Shown here in pieces: positions 56,901-64,000 of a stretch of 64,000 bases of DNA (positions within the stretch are counted from its first letter, which is position 1; every line of letters begins with the position of its first letter). Under the pieces are notes generated by a model. The model was not told the origin of the DNA. It saw nothing but the letters and a program-made list of their open reading frames with translations, and searched no databases. A program made the translations under genes and the position numbers. Source of the DNA: Candidatus Campbellbacteria bacterium (lineage in GTDB: Bacteria > Patescibacteriota > Minisyncoccia > Phycocordibacterales > EsbW-18); assembly GCA_045863475.1 (NCBI GenBank), contig BTUR01000002.1, forward strand, positions 410 through 64,409, read 5' to 3'.

Positions 56901-57110
56901 ATAGAAGTCTACGCCGAGTATCGGCTTGATGTCGGCTTTTTTGCACGCCTTATAGAACTCAATGGCTCCGTAGAGATTACCGTTATCGGTGAGTGCAAGA
57001 GCGGGCATCCCGAATTCCTTTGCGCGTTTCACCAAATCAGGCACCTGTGGCAGCGCAGAGAGGAGTGAATAGTGCGAATGCGTGTGTAGATGGACGAACC
57101 CTCCGTTCAT
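53922..57110 (-). CDS. dnaE: DNA polymerase III alpha subunit
   Basis: PHP domain N-terminus (VHLHTHSHYSLL), the polymerase core and an OB-fold C-terminus. 1062 aa. Confidence 0.95.
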   Translation of the reverse strand: MNGGFVHLHTHSHYSLLSALPQVPDLVKRAKEFGMPALALTDNGNLYGAIEFYKACKKADIKPILGVDFYLAARTRFDRESGIDSKRERLILLAKNHDGYKNLIKLVTYSHLEGFYYKPRVDRELLEKYHEGLVAVVPVFNGAVANALASSNDERAHETLSFYKKLYGDDSVFLEITHHPEIDNHAERVKRVITFAKETNTPLVASNDVQYLSPDDAPARRTLLSVQSSGENRRGGFTDTDADFSFIDEARMREVFADTPEAVDNTVRIAALCDLEIPLGSWMFPAFPVPENSNHATELRRQVTDGILRRGLELSPEITERIEYEFSTIIDKGYAPYFLVVGDLLRYAREHKIFTNTRGSVAGSLVSYVLGITTVNPLEYQLPFERFLNPLRPSPPDIDLDIADNRRDEMIAYAREKYGADNVAQIGTFGTMMARGAVRDTARALGYDLALADRIAKLIPFGSQGFPMSIDRALEEEPDFKKLYQSDEDTKAIVDMARKIEGCARHISVHAAGVVISPVHLDEVVPTQWDPKGEGKQLTQYDMHAVEDVGLLKFDFLGLKNLAILAEAVRRVRAVYGEEVDVEELPLDDKKTFEMLARGDTMAVFQLSGDAMTQFLKELRPSTIHDINAMVALYRPGPMKNIPEYIARKHGHKQITYYHPKMKNFLERSYGILVYQDDLLSTALELAGYTWETVDKFRKAVGKKIPEEMAKQHEIFVKGCIEHSGMTAQQAEGLWALFEPFQGYGFNKAHAASYGRLAYQTAYMKAHYPTAYMAAVLSADAGDVEKISGLIGGCKQMGIEVLPPDINESFGDFSVVPKEKTNDGTEKIRFGLYSIKNFGQGIGDIIIEERKANGAYASLEDFLTRIHDRNLNKKSLESLIQSGSLDRFGERGQMLGNINLLLAFNKESGSRGAAQDSLFGGAGPFLSHLTLAPADPAPQEQKLAWEKDLLGLYISGHPLDKHQKFFDAANVSIEKLKKLHPNMTSVAYGLVEEVRPILTKKGERMAFVRISDFTGMLEVVFFPKSYTEAREIVVPGMCIGVKGKISERNGEISLLADKVKKM

Positions 57111-57208
57111 ACCGTGTATGGTACACGAAGCATCGCCAAGCGGCTTAGTGGATTGTGCGCTGTGCGGTTTCCGCGGCTCGTTGTAAAGGGATGCTACACT
57201 AAAAATCC

Positions 57209-57793
57209 ATGAAAACCGTCATCGGCATAGACGAAGCAGGCAGGGGACCACTAGCCGGACCGGTTGCCGTCGGATGTGTGGTGATTCGCTCACGCGCGGT
57301 GTACAAAGCGTTTCCACGCGTACGGGATTCCAAGAAGCTTTCACCGCAACGTCGCGATGAGTGGTTTGCCAAAATCCGTCGTCTCAAAAGGGAAGGTGCA
57401 CTTTCATATGCCGTTCGAATGGTTAGTGCGTCCCTCATAGATACACACGGCATCGTTTGGGCGATTTCACGCGGGATTACGTCGGCGCTGAAGGGTGTTG
57501 ATGCCCGCCCGGGTATGAATGTGCTTTTAGACGGCGGATTACGTGCCCCACAGGAATACACACACCAAACAACCATTATTAAAGGAGATGAAAAAGAGCT
57601 TGCGATTGCGCTTGCTTCCATTGCGGCGAAAGTGACACGCGATCGGTACATGGTGAGAGTTGGGAAGCAATACCCGCGCCATGGATTCGGGATTCATAAA
57701 GGATATGGGACAAAAGCGCATGCGCGGGCAATACGAAAATTTGGAGTGACGCCCCTACACCGAAAGACGTTTTGCCGTGCTTTGACAAAATAG
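57209..57793 (+). CDS. rnhB: Ribonuclease HII
   Basis: GIDEAGRGPLAGPV signature. Confidence 0.9.
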   Translation: MKTVIGIDEAGRGPLAGPVAVGCVVIRSRAVYKAFPRVRDSKKLSPQRRDEWFAKIRRLKREGALSYAVRMVSASLIDTHGIVWAISRGITSALKGVDARPGMNVLLDGGLRAPQEYTHQTTIIKGDEKELAIALASIAAKVTRDRYMVRVGKQYPRHGFGIHKGYGTKAHARAIRKFGVTPLHRKTFCRALTK

Positions 57794-57810
57794 AAATAAA
57801 ATGATACTAT
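57782..57810 (+). promoter_or_regulatory. sigma70 promoter with extended -10 (TTGACA-17-TGaTACTAT) for cassette F
   Basis: TTGACAaaatagaaataaaaTGaTACTAT. It overlaps the rnhB stop. Confidence 0.5.
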
Positions 57811-57871
57811 TGATACCGGCAAAAGGTTCCTTCTTAAATAAACCAGCTTCACTGAGAGATAGGGGGTTACT

Positions 57872-58405
57872 GTGGGAAGTGGTGCAGAGTGGTTCTGCGC
57901 GGGGACGAAAGCTCCCGCTGGAAAGGCCGAGCTACTTGTCGGCAGGTACTACCCGGACTTCAAAAGAGATCCGGAGCACTTCCAGATCAAGTTCCTCGGA
58001 GGTACCCAGAAGGTCACAAAGGGTGTGTGTGAAAGCACTCCTGAGGAAACGCTGTATCGGGAGATGCTCGAGGAGGTACTCGCACCCGGCGGACGAGTAA
58101 TGTCCTGCGAGCAAATCGATGCCGCAACCGTTTCACTCCCCGGCCACAAGAAGTGCTTCTATCTCATCACACTCGAGGGGCCGCTTCGTGAAAGCGATCT
58201 CTACGAGATCGAGTACGACGTGCGACTGAAGCGCGATCGCACCGAGAAGCTCTCGCCGCCGTTCTACATGGACGTGCGCGAGCTGTGGCACGCGATCTTT
58301 CCAGGGCACCGTGAGGCGCTTAGGCAAATCATCTACTATCTTGCCGCGCGTCGGCCCGAGTGGGCGTGGGCGGCAGCAGATCTCGCCGAGGAGCTTGCCG
58401 CTTGA
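57872..58405 (+). CDS. Cassette F: 177-aa protein with a possible degenerate NUDIX-like box (REMLEEV). Extreme GC3, GTG start and a strong SD.
   Basis: AGGGGG precedes the GTG. K=AAG and E=GAG throughout. Terminator GGCCTGAAGTTG...CAACTTCGGGCC TTTTCG at 58409-58460. Confidence 0.45.
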   Translation: MGSGAEWFCAGTKAPAGKAELLVGRYYPDFKRDPEHFQIKFLGGTQKVTKGVCESTPEETLYREMLEEVLAPGGRVMSCEQIDAATVSLPGHKKCFYLITLEGPLRESDLYEIEYDVRLKRDRTEKLSPPFYMDVRELWHAIFPGHREALRQIIYYLAARRPEWAWAAADLAEELAA

Positions 58406-58496
58406 TACGGCCTGAAGTTGTTTGACCGAAAAGGTCCAGCAACTTCGGGCCTTTTCGTTTGCACAAAAAACCCATATTTGTTATAGTGTTTTTTGT

Positions 58497-58769
58497 ATGA
58501 CAGTCCGAATGCGTCACACGAAAGGCCACACCGGCAACCGCCGGTCGCACCACGCCCTTAAAGGGCCGCGTTTTTCCGTGTGTGCATCATGCGGAAGCTC
58601 ACACATCCGGCACCAGGCGTGCCCGACGTGCGGCAACTACCGCGGACGGACGGTCATTGATATGAAGTCCCGCCAGGACAGAGCGCTTGCTCGCAAGCAG
58701 GCGAAACTCCGCGCACGGGGCGAGAATGCCAAGGAGGCAGCGAAAAACGAGTCAAAGGACTCGAAGTAG
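58497..58769 (+). CDS. rpmF: 50S ribosomal protein bL32 with a Lys/Ala-rich C-terminal extension
   Basis: MTVRMRHTKGHTGNRRSHHAL...CxxCG..H..CP.CG.Y zinc-ribbon L32 signature. Confidence 0.75.
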   Translation: MTVRMRHTKGHTGNRRSHHALKGPRFSVCASCGSSHIRHQACPTCGNYRGRTVIDMKSRQDRALARKQAKLRARGENAKEAAKNESKDSK

Positions 58770-58809
58770 GAGTTTGACACTTCCGCGCCGCGCATCGGCG
58801 CGCACATAA

Positions 58810-59709
58810 ATGAGTAATCGCCACTTAGCGAGATCAGTTGTTCTTCAGACGCTTTTCCAGATCGATTTCTCCTCGGTATCACCGAAGGAGGCCGATGGGA
58901 TTCTATCGCATGTCGCGGACGAATACGCGCCCGGCATCAGCGAGAAGGATTTCATGAGATCGCTCTTGAAAGGAGTTATCCAGAAGCGTAAGGATCTCGA
59001 CACCATCATCGAGAAGGCCGCACCTGAGTGGCCGATAGACAAAATCTCGCTTGTTGACCGAAACGTTCTGCGTCTCGGACTCTTCGAACTTCTGTTCGGC
59101 GACCGCGCGCACGTACCGGCGAAAGTCGCCATCAACGAAGCCATCGAGCTTGCCAAAAGCTTCGGTGGGGACTCAAGCGGTCGCTTCGTCAACGGCGTGC
59201 TCGGTTCCGTCTACAAAGAACTCGGCGAGCCGGGGAAAAACGAAACGTCAAAGAAGAAAAAAGATGTGCCGTATGATGAGATGCCGCAAGAAGTACTCGG
59301 CGGTGCATTCGTCTACGCGCGCCACGAGGATGACATCTACATCGCGTTTGTGCACGACGTATTCGGTCACTGGACGCTTTCCAAGGGTCGGATTGAAAAC
59401 GGTGAAGACGTGCGCACGGGAACGGCGCGCGAGATTCAGGAAGAATTGGGTCTGGAGGTGGCGATTCAGGAAGAAATTGGCAGCAACGAGTACATCGCAT
59501 CGCATCCGGAGAAGGGAAAAATGCGCAAGCGCGTCACGTACTTTATTGCAGAGGCACCGTTTCGCGATTTGAAACTTGGCACGTCCGGCGGTCTCGACGA
59601 TGCTCGATGGTTCCGCCTCAGTGAAATCGTGAATCTCAATATCTACGACGACATTCTGCCGCTCATCACAAAAGCAATCACTCTGCTCTCACAAAAGCAG
59701 CACACGTAA
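58810..59709 (+). CDS. nusB: NusB (antitermination factor) fused to a C-terminal NUDIX hydrolase domain
   Basis: N-terminus ARSVVLQTLFQIDF...AINEAIELAKSFGGDSSGRFVNGVL is NusB. The C-terminus has GRIENGEDVRTGTAREIQEELGL, a canonical NUDIX box. Confidence 0.75.
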   Translation: MSNRHLARSVVLQTLFQIDFSSVSPKEADGILSHVADEYAPGISEKDFMRSLLKGVIQKRKDLDTIIEKAAPEWPIDKISLVDRNVLRLGLFELLFGDRAHVPAKVAINEAIELAKSFGGDSSGRFVNGVLGSVYKELGEPGKNETSKKKKDVPYDEMPQEVLGGAFVYARHEDDIYIAFVHDVFGHWTLSKGRIENGEDVRTGTAREIQEELGLEVAIQEEIGSNEYIASHPEKGKMRKRVTYFIAEAPFRDLKLGTSGGLDDARWFRLSEIVNLNIYDDILPLITKAITLLSQKQHT

Positions 59710-59717
59710 TCATGAAT

Positions 59718-59817
59718 CCCGTTAGAGACCACTCGCGTATGTTCGTGCCCACTATTCAAAAAATATTGATGTATTGTTCGTATGCACACGAAAGTGTGAT
59801 AACCATTCTCTAACGGG
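59718..59817 (+). repeat. Second copy of the inverted-repeat pair (CCCGTTAGAGA ... TCTCTAACGGG) with a 78-nt spacer, ending 1 nt before the rnc ATG
   Basis: Left arm 59718-59728, right arm 59807-59817. The spacer is unrelated to the copy before typA. Confidence 0.7.
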
Positions 59818-60510
59818 ATGAAAGATTTTGCTCCACTAGAAAAAAAAATCGGACACACATTCGCCGACCAGTTTTTGCTTACAACGGCGTTGACGCATCG
59901 CTCCTTTATCAATGAGTCACGCAAGCACGGCGGCACGCACAACGAGCGTCTTGAGTTTTTGGGCGACGCGGTCTTGGAACTCATCACGACGGAATTTTTG
60001 TATGCACGCTACCCGCACAAAGCGGAAGGCGATCTCACCTCGTACCGTGCAGGACTCGTCAATACGTCCACACTTGCAACGGTTGCACTAGAGCTGGGTG
60101 TCAACGACTTTTTGCTGCTGTCAAAAGGAGAGTCAAAAGATACCGGTCGCGCGCGGCAGTATATTCTTGCCAACGCGTTTGAGGCAATCGTCGGTGCGTT
60201 GTTTCTCGACGGCGGTTACGAAGCCGCCCGTGCATTCGTTTCAAAGTTCCTCTTGCCGCTGACGGAAGATATTGTCGGCAAACACCTTTGGCGCGACGCA
60301 AAAAGCCGTTTTCAGGAAAAAGCGCAGGAGAAAGTCGGTATCACACCGTCGTACAAAACAACCCGGGAAGTAGGACCCGACCACGACCGCGAATTTACCG
60401 TTGCCGTTTTTTTGGGCGACGAGAAAGTTGCCGAAGGGGCGGGGAAGAGCAAGCAGGAAGCGGAACAGTCCGCTGCGGGCAACGCACTTGAGAAGAAACA
60501 CTGGTCTTAA
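59818..60510 (+). CDS. rnc: Ribonuclease III
   Basis: ERLEFLGDAVL RNase III signature and a C-terminal dsRBD. Confidence 0.9.
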   Translation: MKDFAPLEKKIGHTFADQFLLTTALTHRSFINESRKHGGTHNERLEFLGDAVLELITTEFLYARYPHKAEGDLTSYRAGLVNTSTLATVALELGVNDFLLLSKGESKDTGRARQYILANAFEAIVGALFLDGGYEAARAFVSKFLLPLTEDIVGKHLWRDAKSRFQEKAQEKVGITPSYKTTREVGPDHDREFTVAVFLGDEKVAEGAGKSKQEAEQSAAGNALEKKHWS

Positions 60511-60606
60511 ATAGCTATTGACGTAGTACCATTTTTCGTGGTACGTTCCATGCGGATTTTGTTTCGCGTCAACTACATGTCCTTGAGTGGACAGAAAGGA
60601 AGAAGA

Positions 60607-60981
60607 ATGAGAAGTGACGTTCTGGAGTTCGGTCTCTCGAAGGAAATCGCGTGCGTGGCCCTCATCGGCTACGACGGGAGGGAGATCAACCCGACCATCC
60701 TGGTGCGCTCCTGGCCGCACGAGAACTCGAACAAGACGGTCATCGTGACCGGGACTCTGAAACCGGAGCTTGTGCACGGCAGGATCGCCAAGGGATGCCA
60801 CCATTACCTGGACGGGAAGGCCTGCTCGCTCCGCACAACCCCCAGCGGCCCTATCCTCGTTGTGTGGATGTGGAGCGACGGCAAGCCTCTCCCGGAGGAA
60901 GACGAGCGGGGGTTTCAGGAGGAGTTCGACCGCGTCGCGAAGGCGATGCGCGGTCTCGCAGGACTCGCCAGCGCTGCCTGA
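60607..60981 (+). CDS. Cassette G: 124-aa protein with extreme GC3 and a strong SD
   Basis: AAGGAAGAAGA precedes the ATG. TTGACG-17-TGgTACGTT lies upstream. Terminator GCGGTGTCACC aaatcaa GGTGGCACCGC TTTTCG at 61001-61036. Confidence 0.5.
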   Translation: MRSDVLEFGLSKEIACVALIGYDGREINPTILVRSWPHENSNKTVIVTGTLKPELVHGRIAKGCHHYLDGKACSLRTTPSGPILVVWMWSDGKPLPEEDERGFQEEFDRVAKAMRGLAGLASAA

Positions 60982-61074
60982 GACGCGCAAGCACCCCAGG
61001 GCGGTGTCACCAAATCAAGGTGGCACCGCTTTTCGCATGGAAGGATTCACATTTTTTTGAGATAATAGACAGGT

Positions 61075-63375
61075 ATGTATCTGAAATCGCTCGAACTTTC
61101 CGGATTCAAGTCCTTCGCCAAGAAAGCAACGCTTGAATTCAAAACACCCATTACCGCGATTGTCGGCCCTAACGGCTCCGGCAAGTCCAATGTCGCTGAG
61201 GCGTTTCGCTTTGTGCTCGGTGAACAGTCGCTTAAATCCATGCGCGGAAAGCGCACCGAAGACCTCATTTGGAACGGTTCGAAAGACGCACCGAAGAGCA
61301 ACCGCGCGCATGTCAAACTCACCTTTGACAACAACCCGTCCGCAGGACAAGACGGAAAGCGACTTTTTGATATTGATTTTGATGACGTAACGCTTGAGCG
61401 CATCATTTTCCGCGATGCGTCGTCGGAATACCAACTCAATGGCTCCCCCTCTCGGCTGAAAGATATCTTTGAACTGCTCTCCGGCGCGCATATCGGCGCG
61501 TCAGGTCACCACATCATCTCGCAAGGAGAAGCCGACCGAATTTTGTCCGTCAATTCGCGGGAACGAAAAACAATGGTGGAAGACGCGCTCGGTCTTAAAA
61601 TTTACCAGTACAAAAAAGAGGAAAGCATCCGAAAGCTCGACCGCACGCGGGAGAATTTGGATAAAGCGGAAAGCATTCGCCGCGAACTGAAACCACATCT
61701 TAAATTCCTGGAGAAGCAGGTAGCAAAGGTTGCAAAAGCGCGCGAACTCGCGGAACTCCTCGTCAAAGACTACAAAGAGTACTTCGCACGCGAAAAGCAC
61801 TACCTCACACAGCAGCGTTCGCGTATTGAGGACGAACTTATCCCCGAGGAGAAGCGAATGCACCACTTGGAGAGTGAGATAACAACCGCGCGCGAGCGTT
61901 TACAGAAACTTTCGCAGAAAGATACGACATCAGATGCGCTCCTCTCCGGCGAAGAAAAATTGCGCGATATCCGAAAAGAAAAGGATGAGAAGGTGCGCGA
62001 TGCCGGACGGCTTGAAGGAGAGATGTCGGCACTCAAAACGCTTATTGCGCGTGAAGAAAAACGGCAGACGGAGGACGCGCACCGCACCGTGCCGTTTTCA
62101 TCTGTGTCGAACATGGCGACCAAGCTTTTGGGGAGCATCACAAACGCACTCTCGCTTTCAGATGTTGCCGCGCTTAAACAGACGCTTACTGATATGAAAG
62201 CGCTTGTGTCGGAGTTTATTGGAGCGGTTTCCGGAGTCGAACACGCATCAGATAAGGAGCTCGCGGATTTGCGCGAGCAATTTGCAAACCTCGAGCATGA
62301 GCGTACGGCGGTGAACAAGGAAATTGAACGCATCGAACGGGAAGAAAAAGAGCGCGAAGGAGAGTACAAACGCATTCAATCAACAATCGAAGAAGACCTT
62401 ACATCTGGCCGCGAAATGGAGCGCACCATTTTTGCGCTGTCCAATGAACAGCAGGAGGTTCGCATGCGCGTACAAACGCTCAGGGCAACGCTGCAATCAC
62501 TCGCGCTTGAGGAAGAAGAATTTAAACGGGAACTCATGGAAGCGGGGGCGCTTGCGGGCGTTGAAGCGGTACGCTTCGGTGAAATTACACGACTGCTTGA
62601 GGAATCAGATACCTCAGAGGACCGCAAAGAACAACTTGCGCGCAAGAAAGAAATTGAGCGCATGAAAATCCGCCTTGAGGAAGCGGGGAGTGCCGGCGGA
62701 GACGACGTGATGAAAGAGTATGAAGATGTTTCAGCGCGTGATGCGTTTTTGGAAAAAGAAATCACTGACTTGCTTGCATCGGCCGACGCACTCAAACTCC
62801 TCATTGAAGACCTCGATGCAACGCTGTCGCGCGAGTTTGCCGAGGGTATCAAGAAAATCAATACGGAATTCAGCGCGTTCTTCGGATTGATGTTTGGCGG
62901 CGGAACCGCTTCCTTGGAAGTTGTACGCGAGGTGAAACGCTCACGCAAAGACACCGAACTGGAAGAAATACTTGAAGGAGACGTCCCCGAGGAATCCGAC
63001 GGGGAGGAAGAAAAGGTGCTTGAGGGTGTTGAGATTCACGTATCACTGCCGCGCAAGAAAATCCGCGGACTTGAAATGCTCTCGGGTGGTGAACGCGCAC
63101 TTACGTCAATCGCGCTTATCTTTGCGATGTCACAGGTCAATCCGCCGCCGTTTATCATTCTTGATGAGACGGACGCGGCGCTTGATGAGGCAAACAGCAA
63201 GCGTTACGGCGACATGATTGAAAATCTCGCGCAAAAAACGCAGCTTATTTTGATAACACACAACCGCGAGACAATGTCCCGTGCGGGAGTCCTCTACGGT
63301 GTCACCATGGGACACGACGCGGTATCGCAACTCCTGTCGGTTTCGTTTACAGAGGCCGTGGCGGTCGCGAAATAA
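61075..63375 (+). CDS. smc: SMC-family chromosome segregation ATPase (short, 766 aa)
   Basis: N-terminal Walker A GPNGSGKSN with FKSF, long coiled coils, and a C-terminal LSGGERALTSIALIFA signature/Walker B (ILDETD). Confidence 0.8.
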   Translation: MYLKSLELSGFKSFAKKATLEFKTPITAIVGPNGSGKSNVAEAFRFVLGEQSLKSMRGKRTEDLIWNGSKDAPKSNRAHVKLTFDNNPSAGQDGKRLFDIDFDDVTLERIIFRDASSEYQLNGSPSRLKDIFELLSGAHIGASGHHIISQGEADRILSVNSRERKTMVEDALGLKIYQYKKEESIRKLDRTRENLDKAESIRRELKPHLKFLEKQVAKVAKARELAELLVKDYKEYFAREKHYLTQQRSRIEDELIPEEKRMHHLESEITTARERLQKLSQKDTTSDALLSGEEKLRDIRKEKDEKVRDAGRLEGEMSALKTLIAREEKRQTEDAHRTVPFSSVSNMATKLLGSITNALSLSDVAALKQTLTDMKALVSEFIGAVSGVEHASDKELADLREQFANLEHERTAVNKEIERIEREEKEREGEYKRIQSTIEEDLTSGREMERTIFALSNEQQEVRMRVQTLRATLQSLALEEEEFKRELMEAGALAGVEAVRFGEITRLLEESDTSEDRKEQLARKKEIERMKIRLEEAGSAGGDDVMKEYEDVSARDAFLEKEITDLLASADALKLLIEDLDATLSREFAEGIKKINTEFSAFFGLMFGGGTASLEVVREVKRSRKDTELEEILEGDVPEESDGEEEKVLEGVEIHVSLPRKKIRGLEMLSGGERALTSIALIFAMSQVNPPPFIILDETDAALDEANSKRYGDMIENLAQKTQLILITHNRETMSRAGVLYGVTMGHDAVSQLLSVSFTEAVAVAK

Positions 63376-63378
63376 AAA

Positions 63379-63987
63379 CTAGGCTCGGTTTGAGAGTATC
63401 TCGCCGTGCGCCCGCATAATGGTTTCTTTTACCAACATCGGGTTGGCGGCGTTTTTGATGGTAAAGCCTGGTTCAAGATTATTGCCCACTCCGTGCAGTT
63501 CTCCTCCGGCGGTGTGAATGTGAATGTCGCCGAAGTGGAGAAATGTCGCAAACACGCCGTTGACGGACACGGTCACGTCTTGCACTTGTTCAAGTCGCGT
63601 CACCGAGATGTCGCGGCGGAAAACACCTTTTTGTTCTATGTCAAAAATCCTGCGGTTCGTGATGACCCACACATCAAGGTAGTAGTCAGTCCAGTAGTAG
63701 AAAAAGAGCACCCATAAAAAGAGACACCACAGTAAAAAGAAGAATCCTGAGACAATACCGCCGAAATCTCCTCCGGTTATTCGATCGATGACGGCGGCAA
63801 TGCCGGGCACGAAGAGCAACGGTGCAAAGAAAAACACGAGCAGTGCCGCAACGCGGCCGTAGAGAATGAACATATGCCGACGGACTTCCAAGAGAATGTT
63901 TTCTCCCGGCTCAAGATTGATGAGCTCTTGGATGTTTTGATCCGGTGCGGCGGCGTGTTTGGCGCCGGCGGTGTAAGGATTGTGCAT
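63379..63987 (-). CDS. Membrane protein with a bacterial PH (bPH_2/YdbT-like) domain
   Basis: Two TM helices followed by a PH-like beta segment. Confidence 0.55.
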   Translation of the reverse strand: MHNPYTAGAKHAAAPDQNIQELINLEPGENILLEVRRHMFILYGRVAALLVFFFAPLLFVPGIAAVIDRITGGDFGGIVSGFFFLLWCLFLWVLFFYYWTDYYLDVWVITNRRIFDIEQKGVFRRDISVTRLEQVQDVTVSVNGVFATFLHFGDIHIHTAGGELHGVGNNLEPGFTIKNAANPMLVKETIMRAHGEILSNRA

Positions 63988-64000
63988 ACTACAGTGAAAA

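Noticed and set aside
57801-58100. ORF 57801-58100 (MILLIPAKG...).
   Set aside because: Its ATG sits inside the -10 element of the cassette F promoter. It is out of frame with the strongly periodic cassette F ORF.

Overview
This 64 kb window looks like a chromosomal segment from a small-genome bacterium. The core gene set is ftsZ/ftsA, mraZ-rsmH-ftsL-ftsI-murF, mreBCD-PBP2, dnaE, several aminoacyl-tRNA synthetases, ribosomal proteins, a type IV pilin-like cluster, and five tRNAs. Most native genes use balanced codons, lack Shine-Dalgarno sequences, and sit behind sigma70-like promoters close to the start codon.

Three things stand out:
- tRNA-Asn(GUU) is split in its anticodon loop by a compact group I intron of about 227 nt. 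A free-standing HNH endonuclease gene and an AT-rich islet with a SET-domain gene lie next to it.
- At least eight small-to-medium ORFs are scattered through the intergenic spaces of the core genes. They have extreme third-position GC (K=AAG, E=GAG, almost no A/T at position 3), strong AGGAG-type Shine-Dalgarno sites, mostly sigma70-like promoters and hairpin terminators. This contrasts sharply with the native genes and points to foreign, possibly host-derived or engineered, insertions.
- A conserved 10-11 bp inverted-repeat pair (CCGTTAGAGA ... TCTCTAACGG) brackets 80-90 nt just before the ATG of typA and of rnc, with identical spacing to the start codon.

Other notable items are a partial large serine recombinase abutting tRNA-Ser with a duplicated tRNA fragment, a tRNA-Glu 5' fragment duplicated next to tRNA-Glu(CUC), an alkyltransferase-like (ATL) protein with the active-site Cys replaced by Phe alongside a bona fide Ogt, an ATP-cone/Mrr-like nuclease, a Cas4-like FeS nuclease, a NusB-NUDIX fusion, paired covarying GNRA hairpins, and a MraZ direct-repeat operator array. 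No CRISPR array, rRNA, tmRNA or RNase P RNA was seen.
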